Assembly (NCBI GenBank): GCA_963765765.1
Contig: CAVXYC010000032.1
Coordinates: 1 to 64,000 of the forward strand
Direction: 5' to 3'
Length of the DNA: 64,000 nucleotides
From: an uncultured Chloroflexia bacterium
GTDB taxonomy: Bacteria; Chloroflexota; UBA6077; JACCZL01
The notes under the pieces were generated by a model. That model saw nothing but the letters and a program-made list of their open reading frames with translations. It was not told the origin of the DNA and did no database searches. A program made the translations under genes and the position numbers. This document shows, piece after piece, positions 1 to 8,603 of the stretch; the stretch's first letter is position 1, and each line of letters begins with the position of its first letter.

Positions 1-152
1 GAGATGGATGACTCCTTTGATGGTCTCAGGACTGGGTGTGCGTCGGGCTGGGATTTCGGTGGTGCGGGTCTCCGTACCCGCGAGTGCCGGCATTCCGTTT
101 AGAGCAGCCGTCGTCTCGGTAGCGCCGACGCAGACCGTCGATTGCCGCACTA

Positions 153-1283
153 CTAGCGGCTTGCCAGACTGATTGCTACCGCCGTGTCGTTGCCGTGTGC
201 CGCGATGACCTTCTGGACGATCGCGTTGTAGCGATTGTCGAAGGTCGCACTGACGTCGACTGGTTTGTTGATGATCTCCGCCTCCAGCAGCAGGTCGGCG
301 AGGCCCTGCTGGACTTTGATGACCGGCGGTTCGATGGGCTCCAGAAGTTGTGCGCCGGCCGCTTCGTACAGCTTTCGCCCGAGCGGCAGGTCGATGCTGT
401 ACGCCTTGACGTAGCGCTCTTCGATCCAGGTGTCCGGATGCGACTTGGCCCAGTAGCGGGCGTTACCGAGCCGTTGAATGAACTCTCCGATCGCGGCTAC
501 CTTCACGGGGTCCTCCAGCGACTTCCGCGAGCTGATGAGCCACTCTTTGCCGGTGGCCAGACCTACGTCGTCGCGGAGCTCCCTGGCGGTGGGATTGCGG
601 GACACGTAGTTGTCGAACTCAGGGCTCTGGATGGCCCCGGCGTCGACGCTGCCGGAGATCAGCGCGGGTTGGACGTTGGCATTGGGAATGTCCACCAGCT
701 CCACGTCTTTGCCCAGGGTCAATCCCGCCTCGCTGAGTGCTTTTGCGACAAATGAATGTGTGGAGGTGCTCTTCTGCACGGCGACTTTCTTGCCGCGTAG
801 ATCCGCCAGGGATGTGAGTGTGGTGTTGGGCGCGCTTACGAGATGACGCTGGCCCTGGCCGACGCTATTAAGCGACGCGACAATTACCACATCCTGGCCG
901 GCGGCCTGGGCGTTGATCGGCGGAGCGTCGGCAACCCAGCCCACGTCCACTGCGCCGGACTGGAAGGCGACAATCATCGGCGGCCCGCCGGCGAATACTG
1001 ACCACTCCACATCGAAGGGCAGGCCTTCGCCGGCGTTGGAGAGGTCCCACGGGAGGCGAAGATTGCCGACCACGGCGCCCTGGTCGGCGACTCGTAGGAC
1101 GGTGCCCTTTGGAAACGTTGGCGCCGTGGACGCATTAGTCCCGGCTGTATCCGCATTCCCATCGGCAGGCGCCGCGACCTTCGGGGATGCCTGCGGCGCC
1201 GCGGCGGGAGCTTGACTGCACCCACTCACGAGCATGGCTGCGCCGGCGAATGTCATGAGATATCGAGAGAGCATGTGATTCAT
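153..1283 (-). CDS. ssuA: ABC transporter substrate-binding lipoprotein, aliphatic sulfonate (SsuA/NMT1-like) family
   Basis: Lipobox LVSGC; motifs FAGGPPMIVAFQSGAVDVG and LADLRGKKVAV; last gene of the permease/ATPase operon with ATGA overlap. Confidence 0.8.
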   Translation of the reverse strand: MNHMLSRYLMTFAGAAMLVSGCSQAPAAAPQASPKVAAPADGNADTAGTNASTAPTFPKGTVLRVADQGAVVGNLRLPWDLSNAGEGLPFDVEWSVFAGGPPMIVAFQSGAVDVGWVADAPPINAQAAGQDVVIVASLNSVGQGQRHLVSAPNTTLTSLADLRGKKVAVQKSTSTHSFVAKALSEAGLTLGKDVELVDIPNANVQPALISGSVDAGAIQSPEFDNYVSRNPTARELRDDVGLATGKEWLISSRKSLEDPVKVAAIGEFIQRLGNARYWAKSHPDTWIEERYVKAYSIDLPLGRKLYEAAGAQLLEPIEPPVIKVQQGLADLLLEAEIINKPVDVSATFDNRYNAIVQKVIAAHGNDTAVAISLASR

Positions 1284-2113
1284 CGGACGGAGACCTCAGA
1301 GCTCCGATGCTTGGGCGCTTGCGATCCTGAAAGGACGGGATCGGGTTGACCCCTGTGATTTGATTCGGAGGTACCGCGCTCATCGGGGGGTTCTGGCACC
1401 CCGAGCTCCGAGAGCAGCAGTGAGCGCAGCGCATTGAATTCGTTGTCGTCACGGCGGCGAGGCTTGGGAAGGTCAACCGGCTGACTGAGAGTGAGCTGGC
1501 CGTCCTTGAGCAGCACCACCCGGTCGGCCAGCAAGAGCGCCTCGTCGACATCGTGCGTGACCAACAAGACCGCGGGGCTGTGTCGCTGGCAGATCTCCTT
1601 GAGGAGCTGGTGCATCCGAATCCGTGTGAGCGCATCCAGGGCGCCAAATGGCTCGTCCAGGAGCAGCAGAACCGGTTCGCGAACGAGCGCGCGGGCCAGC
1701 GCAACGCGCTGCGCTTCACCGCCTGAAAGGGTGGCCGGCCAGGTCAGCTCGTGGTCGGCCAATCCCACCTCGGTCAGTGCGTCGCGGCCCACATCGCGGG
1801 CATCGCGGCAGCCTAGACCAATGAGCACATTGTCAATCACACGCTTCCAGGGGAGCAGGGACGCTTCCTGAAAGACGGTGGCACGACGAGCCGGGACGCG
1901 AATCGTTCCGTCGTCCGCGGTATCGAGCGCAGCCAGGATTCGAAGCAGCGTGCTCTTGCCGGAGCCGCTGCGACCCAGCATCGCTACGAACTCACCGCGA
2001 TGGATTGCTAGGTCCACATTCGTGAGCACGGATCGCTGGCCGAACGCGCGGCGTACGCTACGTGCATCGACCACCAGATCATCCGAATACTCCGTGACTG
2101 GGTCGTATGTCAT
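1280..2113 (-). CDS. ssuB: ABC transporter ATP-binding protein (SsuB-like)
   Basis: Walker A GRSGSGKST, signature LSGGEAQRVALAR, LLLDEPFGALDALTR; start placed at ATG 2113 overlapping the permease stop. Confidence 0.88.
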   Translation of the reverse strand: MTYDPVTEYSDDLVVDARSVRRAFGQRSVLTNVDLAIHRGEFVAMLGRSGSGKSTLLRILAALDTADDGTIRVPARRATVFQEASLLPWKRVIDNVLIGLGCRDARDVGRDALTEVGLADHELTWPATLSGGEAQRVALARALVREPVLLLLDEPFGALDALTRIRMHQLLKEICQRHSPAVLLVTHDVDEALLLADRVVLLKDGQLTLSQPVDLPKPRRRDDNEFNALRSLLLSELGVPEPPDERGTSESNHRGQPDPVLSGSQAPKHRSSEVSVR

Positions 2114-2965
2114 GCGGAAAAGCCTCGCCGCCATGAGAGCAGTAGTCGCTCGAGCCCGCGCACGATCCCCACGGAGAGCAGTCCGTAGAGCCCGTAGAGC
2201 GTGAGTAAGAAGATGATGACGTCGGTCCTGAAGAGCGCCTGAGCCTCGTTCATGAGTACGCCAATGCCGCGGACAGCGTTGATCTGCTCCACGAAAATCA
2301 GAATGAGCAGCGAGCCCACTAATGCGGTGCGAAGTCCCACGAGAAAGCCGGGCACGGCACCCGGAAGGATGACGTCGCGCACGAGCCTGACTTGTGTGAC
2401 GCCAAAGCTACGAGCCATATCAACCAGCCGGCTGATCGATGTTGCGGATGGCGCCGTAGGTATTGATGTAGATCGGATAGGCCGTCCCGATAGCGATGAC
2501 GGTGATCTTGGTCTGCTCACCGATACCCATCCAGACGATGAACAGCGGAATGAGCGCGACCACCGGAAAGGAGTGCCAGACCTGGACGGTGGAATCGATC
2601 AGGTCGTCACCGAGCCGGGTGAGTCCTGCAATCGTGGCCAGCGTGAGTCCGATGATGATCCCGTAGGAAAGCCCTGTGAGTGAACGCTGGAGCGAGGCGA
2701 GGAGATGACCGCCGAGATTGCCGGATTGGATCAGTTGGGCTCCGGCGGCAACAACGTCGCCCGGCGTAGCGAAAACGCGGGAGTTTACGAGGCCCGAGTA
2801 GGTGATCGCGGCCCAGATGAGCACGAGAATGCCTGGCCCGGCCAGTTTTCGAAGCTCTCGCGGCACGCGTATCCGCGGCCTGTGAATGTGGGCGCTGACG
2901 GAAACGTCGACGAGCTCGACTCGCTCCGCGCGGATCGAAGCTCTGGTTGCAGTAGCGACTGCCAA
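2110..2965 (-). CDS. ssuC: ABC transporter permease (SsuC-like), frameshifted near 2430
   Basis: N-part (ALIPLFIVWMGIGE...GAIRNID) in ORF 2420..3025 and C-part (RLVDMARSFG...VILPGAVP) in ORF 2110..2520; AGGAGG RBS before TTG at 2965. Confidence 0.82.
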
Positions 2966-3223
2966 GTGTGTCCTCCTGAGATGATCGCGGCGAATGTCCA
3001 ACCGCCGGCTGCTCGGGTACGTCATCCTGAACGGGGGAATGTGCTGCCCGTCGGCGTCGGCGCCGCAATTGATTGCAGGGTGAAAAAGATAGTTCCGGCG
3101 CAGGGAGTAGTGCGTCCTGAACCGAGGGGCTCCGGACTGCTATGACCTGATTGCGCCGCCGCCGAATGGGGCTCGCCCGCCGACACTTTGAGGTAGTCGA
3201 ATTACGCCAATGGTCGGGATACT

Positions 3224-3254
3224 GGCGAGCTTCGCGGGAGGAGCGAAGCTCGCC
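3224..3254. terminator. Perfect 12-bp GC-rich hairpin in the ssu leader (candidate attenuator or terminator stem)
   Basis: ggcgagcttcgc-gggagga-gcgaagctcgcc; no clear U-tract on the minus strand. Confidence 0.4.
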
Positions 3255-3321
3255 GCGGGACGAGCCTTGATGGGCCCCGAACGCGCTGCTCGGCGATGAT
3301 CACGGATGCCTGTGCAGAAGG

Positions 3322-3471
3322 CTACCGAGACGCTGGGTGACGCGCTGGGTCAGTCGGCCGCAGCCGAGAGCAACACGACCAGAGGCCGCCGTGAGCGCCC
3401 CAATGCGAAAGAGCAATCGCAAGGGGAATGCTCACGAGCGCAAGGGGCTCATTGGCGGTGTATTGCTTCAT
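3322..3471 (-). CDS. Putative leaderless Cys-Cys leader peptide (49 aa)
   Basis: MKQYTANEPLALVSIPLAIALSHWGAHGGLWSCCSR...; ATG lies 6 nt after a GACAAT -10-like hexamer; upstream of a sulfur-uptake operon. Confidence 0.55.
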   Translation of the reverse strand: MKQYTANEPLALVSIPLAIALSHWGAHGGLWSCCSRLRPTDPARHPASR

Positions 3472-3477
3472 GTCCAC

Positions 3478-3508
3478 ATTGTCTATCAGTTTAGTGAGGA
3501 ATGTCAAC
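3478..3508 (-). promoter_or_regulatory. Sigma70-type promoter overlapped by a putative Rrf2 operator
   Basis: TTGACA-N18-GACAAT on the minus strand; 3478-3502 matches 5241-5265 at 17/25 positions. Confidence 0.6.
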
Positions 3509-3599
3509 AGTTAAGGTGGTGCTAGTTGTCTACCCACACGTTTGCTAGCTTGGGCGCGCCGGACGAGATGTGCTGACTGAAGTTCTTCATTAACGGTCA

Positions 3600-3900
3600 G
3601 TATGGCCAGTAGTCTGTCGTGGACGGCATCTGGAGGCACAAACTACATTGGTGATGAAGTAGTGATCGATGTCCTGGATGAGCAAGTTGCGTTTCGCGGG
3701 GTCGGACGTCGGACGCTGCTGATCCATAGTTCCGTGCGGCGCCGATAACGCGCGAAGATGTAATCGGCGGGATCGGGATAGCTGCGCGCGTAGAGGCCAT
3801 ACGAGAGGGAGAAGTCGCCCTTCTGGAATCGGTCGTTCCGAGGCATATTCACGGCTGTCGATCCGTAACGTGATGTTGAGTGGGCGCGTGAGAGCGCCCT
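3600..3900 (-). pseudogene. C-terminal remnant of a peptide/nickel ABC substrate-binding protein (family 5)
   Basis: Pieces in different frames: LNITLRIDSREY / RFQKGDFSLSYGLYARSYPDPADYIF / GAARNYG / SDPAKRNLLIQDIDHYFITN / DYWPY. Confidence 0.55.
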
Positions 3901-3970
3901 GGGGGAGTGAGATTCGGGCCAGCGATTCGTCCCCGGAGTAGCGGTTGAGGGTCGCCCATTCAAGCTAAGT

Positions 3971-5194
3971 TTATGAGACGTTTCGCACAGCGCGAACGTC
4001 GGGCGCATGGTCTTCCAGCGAACCATCGAAGAGTCGGTCGAACGCAAAGCCCCACGGAGGTCGAAGAAATCCCAGAGCCCGCACATCTTCAAACCAGAAG
4101 CTGATCGGCGATTGACGCGAGAAACTGTTGCCCCCGATGACCCGACTGAGACGCGTCAGGGCGGCTTCGGCTAGCTGAGCAATGGCGACCTTGCCCTGAA
4201 GGATATCTCGCGATGGGCGAGATTTGCATTCGATGGCGCTGATCATGCCCTCGTAGGCTTGCATAGTGAGCCATTCGTCCTGCGTCGCCTGACTCCACTC
4301 AACACGTTCATAAGCGCGCAGGCTCATGGCTCGCCGGCCGAGATGAGATCGCGCATTCTGGAATGCGGCCTGGACGATACCGACGATGACCGAGGTGAAG
4401 AGCAACGTGCCCAGACCGCCGGTGCCCGCCTCCAGACTCTCTCGAGTGCCTGGCCATGCCTGGCGTATCACCGGGAGGCAATCAAAACGCATCGAGTGGC
4501 TCTGGGTCGCGGTCATGCCCTGACCGTCCCATTCGCTCAGAAGCTTCACGCCGCTCGAGCCGTCCCATGGTCTGCCCCGAAGGTCGAGCATGAACGTGGC
4601 GGGGGTGGTCTCACCCTCTGGGATCGCGGTGGTAATCATGAACGAGGCGATGCCGGAGCCGCTACCGAAGTGCTTCGTGCCGCTGAGCCGATATCCGCCA
4701 TCGCGTTGCAGAGCCACAGCTCGCGTCTTACCCGGATCCCCGCCGGTGCCCGGCTCCGAGGTAATCGTTCCCCACCAAGCGCCCCGTTCGACGGTGTTGA
4801 AGATCATTTCTCGCTGGGTTTGCCAAGCGTCGTCTTCGGACGGGGCTCTGGGATTTGCCAGCCAGGCGCTGAGGACGGAAGGATGCATGGCAGCGACCAG
4901 GGCCACCGATGAGTCGCCGCCGGCGAGTGTTCGGACCACATTACACATTGCACGAGCTGAGCGCTGGCGGTCTTCCCAGAGTCCACCACGATCCACCGGC
5001 AAAGACATATCGAGATAACCAGCCTCGCGCAGCCGTGCGAAGTCGTGCTGTTCCAGTGATCGCCGGCGCTGTCGCTCGGCTCGATCCGTGGCAAACTCGG
5101 CGGCCACGCGTTGAATGGAGTCCTGGAGCATGGACCAGCGGTGGTCAAGCGACGTATCAACGCTAGAACTGGACGTGGTAAATGATGCGCTCAC
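3971..5194 (-). CDS. Acyl-CoA dehydrogenase-family flavoprotein (SfnB/DszC-like monooxygenase)
   Basis: SEPGTG, YRLSGTKHFGSGS, WDGQGMTATQSHS, FWFEDVRA motifs; sulfur-locus context. Confidence 0.8.
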   Translation of the reverse strand: MSASFTTSSSSVDTSLDHRWSMLQDSIQRVAAEFATDRAERQRRRSLEQHDFARLREAGYLDMSLPVDRGGLWEDRQRSARAMCNVVRTLAGGDSSVALVAAMHPSVLSAWLANPRAPSEDDAWQTQREMIFNTVERGAWWGTITSEPGTGGDPGKTRAVALQRDGGYRLSGTKHFGSGSGIASFMITTAIPEGETTPATFMLDLRGRPWDGSSGVKLLSEWDGQGMTATQSHSMRFDCLPVIRQAWPGTRESLEAGTGGLGTLLFTSVIVGIVQAAFQNARSHLGRRAMSLRAYERVEWSQATQDEWLTMQAYEGMISAIECKSRPSRDILQGKVAIAQLAEAALTRLSRVIGGNSFSRQSPISFWFEDVRALGFLRPPWGFAFDRLFDGSLEDHAPDVRAVRNVS

Positions 5195-5240
5195 TCTTCA
5201 GGTTCTCCTGCCACCGTGGGTGCAAGTGAGATAATGTCAC

Positions 5241-5265
5241 GTTGTCTATAGAATTACTGGAGAAT
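5241..5265 (-). promoter_or_regulatory. Putative Rrf2 operator, second copy
   Basis: AT-rich attctccagtaattctatagacaac about 46 bp upstream of the flavoenzyme start; similar to 3478-3502. Confidence 0.5.
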
Positions 5266-5486
5266 ATGATGCATCGATTTGCCCCGAAGGTGCAAGGGGG
5301 TGCTGTGTTCGTAGAGAGCACTTTGATGCTTTTTCGGCAGACAACTCCAAGCGAGCGCAGCGATGCGGGCTGCGCTCGCAGTGGTGCGATCAGTTCTCGG
5401 CTGACATCGTGTCCCGCATCGCTGTGCTCGCTTGAGTTTGCTCGCCAGGAAAGCACTGCAGTGCTAACTACGAGCGCGACGCGATC

Positions 5487-5942
5487 TTAGTGTGACACCC
5501 AAGCGTCGGAATCACGCGTGAGCTGCATCACGGCTTCGGGGAGTGCGCCTTTCACGAGGTCGGCGATAGTGACTTGCTCCAGCACAGCACGGAGGTTGGC
5601 ACGCACGGCGATCCACACGTCTTTCAAGCTACTTGCCGCGCCTGCGTACTCCACCCGCTCAGGTCGGACGCCGCGCACATTGGCCAGAGGACCGTCTATG
5701 GCACGGATTACGTCTGCGAGTGTCACTTCATCCGGCGGTCGAGCCAGCCAGTAGCCGCCTTCAGCACCCCGTTGTGATTGCACGATATTGGCGTGCTTCA
5801 GCTCCACCAGGATGTTCTCGAGAAACTTGGAGGGGATGCTCTGAAGCTGCGAGACGCGCTCAGCCTTGACCGGCTGTGGATTGCACGAGGCGATTTCCGC
5901 CAGTGCACGGATCGCGTAGTCGGCTTTGGCAGAGACTCGCAT
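5487..5942 (-). CDS. Rrf2 family transcriptional regulator (CymR-like, no Fe-S Cys triad)
   Basis: MRVSAKADYAIRAL, SQRGAEGGYWLARPPDEVTLADVIRAIDGPL. Confidence 0.93.
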   Translation of the reverse strand: MRVSAKADYAIRALAEIASCNPQPVKAERVSQLQSIPSKFLENILVELKHANIVQSQRGAEGGYWLARPPDEVTLADVIRAIDGPLANVRGVRPERVEYAGAASSLKDVWIAVRANLRAVLEQVTIADLVKGALPEAVMQLTRDSDAWVSH

Positions 5943-5989
5943 TACTCTATTGTGCGGGACTGTGTGTTCGCGAGGAGTCCCGCATGCGA

Positions 5990-6108
5990 CCGGCTCCCTC
6001 TCCCCCTGGGAGAGGGTTGGGGTGAGGGGGCTGCGATAGGGGACAAGCTTGTGGATGACCTTGTTCTGCCCTCACCGGCTCCCTCTCGCAGGGGGGAGGG
6101 GGAGCCGG
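5990..6108. repeat. REP-like inverted-repeat doublet
   Basis: ccggctccctctccccctgggagagggttggggtgaggg ... ccctcaccggctccctctcgcaggggggagggggagccgg; 34-bp core recurs at 37152-37185. Confidence 0.75.
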
Positions 6109-6146
6109 AATGAACCGGAGAAATCTTGATGGATAACTCAATCGGG

Positions 6147-7106
6147 TCAATTCCCCCGCTGCACTGCGCCAACGGGGGCGCTCATGGCGTCGATCTCCGC
6201 GACTTCGTCCGGCGTGATGCGCCATTCGGATGCCTTTACGTTGGCCTCGATGTGAGTCACTGACTCAGGCCCGGCGATGACCGAGCTCAGCATGGGACGG
6301 GTCAACAGCCAGGCGACCGGTAAATCGTTGATGGGGTGTCCGTGTTCGTTGGCCCAAGCTTCTAGCTTGTCCTTGAGAGCCCAGTTACGGTCGTTGGTCC
6401 AGCGGGAGAACGTGGGGCGCCCCGCTCCACGCGTGCCTGCGGGCGGCGCGACATCGCGCTTGTAGACGTCGGTGAGGAATCCACCGGCCATCGGGAAGTA
6501 TGGAATAAAGCCCAGGCCCCTGGACTGGCAGAACGGCACCATCTCATGCTCCACCTCGCGATGGATCAAGTTGTAGTGCATCTGCACCGCGACAAATTGT
6601 GCCTGGTGCGCGACTCGAGCGTAGGAATTGTGCTCGCTCACTTCCCAGGCCAGAAAGTTCGATGCGCCGATGTAGCGCGCCTTGCCTGAGCGGACGATGT
6701 CGTTCAGCGCGTCCATCGTCTCTTCCATGGGCGTGTTGTAATCGATGTGATGAATCCAGAAGAGATCCACGTAGTCGGTCTTGAGTCGATCCAGGCTGGC
6801 CTCGAGACTCTGGAAAAGATGCTTGCGGGACGTGCCGCCGCCGTTTGGGCCGGGATCGAATTTGCCGCCGGCCTTGGTGGCCAGAACCACATTGTGTCGA
6901 TACCCCAGCAAGGCGTTGCCCAGCATCGTCTCCGATTTGCCATGGTGATAGATGTTGGCCGTGTCGAAGAAGTTGACGCCCAGATCAATAGCCCGCCGCA
7001 CGATGGCCGTGGCGGTCTCCTGACTGACCTCGAGTCCAAATGGGTTTGCCCCGAGCCCCAGCGCTGAGACGGTGAGCCCGGTGGTGCCTAGCTGTCGATA
7101 CTCCAT
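6147..7106 (-). CDS. Aldo/keto reductase
   Basis: MEYRQLGTTGLTVSALGLG, FFDTANIY, LKTDYVDLFWIH, GKARYIGASN. Confidence 0.95.
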   Translation of the reverse strand: MEYRQLGTTGLTVSALGLGANPFGLEVSQETATAIVRRAIDLGVNFFDTANIYHHGKSETMLGNALLGYRHNVVLATKAGGKFDPGPNGGGTSRKHLFQSLEASLDRLKTDYVDLFWIHHIDYNTPMEETMDALNDIVRSGKARYIGASNFLAWEVSEHNSYARVAHQAQFVAVQMHYNLIHREVEHEMVPFCQSRGLGFIPYFPMAGGFLTDVYKRDVAPPAGTRGAGRPTFSRWTNDRNWALKDKLEAWANEHGHPINDLPVAWLLTRPMLSSVIAGPESVTHIEANVKASEWRITPDEVAEIDAMSAPVGAVQRGN

Positions 7107-7224
7107 CGTGGTGCCTCCCGCGAACGGTGGCCATTATAGATGGAGCAGAAGGGCAGTAAGCTTGTCACATGGATCGTGTGCTTCCCCCTCAGCCCGTGTG
7201 GACCATCGACCTCTTTCCGCCCGA

Positions 7225-7330
7225 GCGTACAGGACCGCGCTATACCTTGATTCAGTTCTTCGACCACCGTGGTGACGATGGCCCGCTCCTTTGAAACGTC
7301 ATTCGGCGAGGCAAGCACGATACGTTCCCT
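7225..7330 (-). pseudogene. Short remnant resembling a DUF4062-type N-terminal domain
   Basis: RIVLASPNDVSKERAIVTTVVEELNQGIA, then similarity is lost. Confidence 0.4.
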
Positions 7331-7387
7331 TGTCGGGTGGATTGCGTCAAGCCGTGCTCCAGGGGGCTGCAACCAACTTCGATCCAC

Positions 7388-8032
7388 TCACTCTGATTCT
7401 CGGTTCACTTTCCCCCAAACCGCGAATAGCGGCTCACTCCAGCCTGGCTCATAGGCTCGATCATTGACCTCGCCCCAGACGCCCGAGCGATCAAAGTAAT
7501 CTCGAACCAGGGCCCGATGCTGCTCGTCAGCGCCGTATAGCCAGCCGGCCACGGCCTTAGTCGGGAAACAGCGATTGGAGAACGAGACGATGAACGGCGC
7601 ACCCGGCTTCAGCACTCGCCCAACGTCGCGAAAGGTCTCTACCGGACGCGTCATGTACTGCACGCTCACGGCGCAGACGGCCCCGTCAAAGGCCTTATCC
7701 TCAAACGGCAGCACCGGATTCACGTTGAGATCGTGCACCAGGTGATTCGATAGCTGCGGATTGGCGGCCATCTCCTCGGCATTCATACCCAGGCCGGTAA
7801 CGCTCACGCCCGATTTCAGAATGCCGTCAGGGAGATGGCTTCGCCACGAGCTCATGAGATCGAGCACCTTGCCGCTCGCGGGCAACAGCTCCGCGTATAG
7901 ATTGCGCAGCGCGGTGATGGCGCCCTCGTCGATGTGGACCACCATGCGCGGCCAATCGTAAAAGCGAGCATCGTTGGTCGAATCTTCTCGCTCGAAGAAT
8001 CGATCTGGATATGGAGCTCCTGACTGAGTCAT
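7388..8032 (-). CDS. Class I SAM-dependent methyltransferase
   Basis: VLDLMSSWRSHLP, LPFEDKAFDGAVCAVSVQY, SFSNRCFPTKA. Confidence 0.9.
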   Translation of the reverse strand: MTQSGAPYPDRFFEREDSTNDARFYDWPRMVVHIDEGAITALRNLYAELLPASGKVLDLMSSWRSHLPDGILKSGVSVTGLGMNAEEMAANPQLSNHLVHDLNVNPVLPFEDKAFDGAVCAVSVQYMTRPVETFRDVGRVLKPGAPFIVSFSNRCFPTKAVAGWLYGADEQHRALVRDYFDRSGVWGEVNDRAYEPGWSEPLFAVWGKVNRESE

Positions 8033-8108
8033 TGCCTTCTCATGGTACAGCGGACGCCGAGTTTGCCAGGCACAGAGCCTGCATGGTTCGGATGCGGAGG
8101 TTTTTCAC

Positions 8109-8303
8109 ATGCCACAAAAGGCCAGCTACAAGACCCGCGGCGGAAAGAAAGATTCCGCCGCCAAGCGATCGATGAATCAACCAATTCCAGGTACTGACGA
8201 AGTTCCGCACAAGGGCGGCACCAATGAGCCCGGTGAGCAGGACCCCAAGCGCAGAATCGGACAATTCGGGGGCGAAGGCCAGCCCCACCTCATCAAAAAG
8301 TAG
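8109..8303 (+). CDS. Small hydrophilic hypothetical protein (64 aa)
   Basis: GGAGG RBS upstream; coherent ORF ending RRIGQFGGEGQPHLIKK. Confidence 0.6.
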   Translation: MPQKASYKTRGGKKDSAAKRSMNQPIPGTDEVPHKGGTNEPGEQDPKRRIGQFGGEGQPHLIKK

Positions 8304-8359
8304 CGTGGTACGGCCCTTGCTTCGCGGATCACACGAATTACATGAGGAGCAATTGGAGA

Positions 8360-8603
8360 ATGCCAGTAGCACGATCAGAGATTCTTCCAGGATATGAAGT
8401 GATCAGCGCCGATTCGGTAGTGGTTGGTCACACGCTTGAAGTGCGTGAAAATGACGTGCTCATCAAGAATGACCGTGACCATGACGTTTATCGTGCCACT
8501 CTCCGTGGTTGAAGACGTGTCCGAAGGCAAGCTGACCCTCGGCGTTACGGCGGACCAGGTCGCAAACAACAACTGGCCTGAGCCGCCGGGAGGAGCGGTG
8601 TAG
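8360..8603 (+). CDS. DUF2171/PRC-barrel-like small protein, frameshifted near 8490 (absent from ORF track)
   Basis: MPVARSEILPGYEVISADSVVVGHTLEVRENDVLIKNDRDHDVY + VPLSVVEDVSEGKLTLGVTADQVANNNWPEPPGGAV; paralogous to the next gene. Confidence 0.65.
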
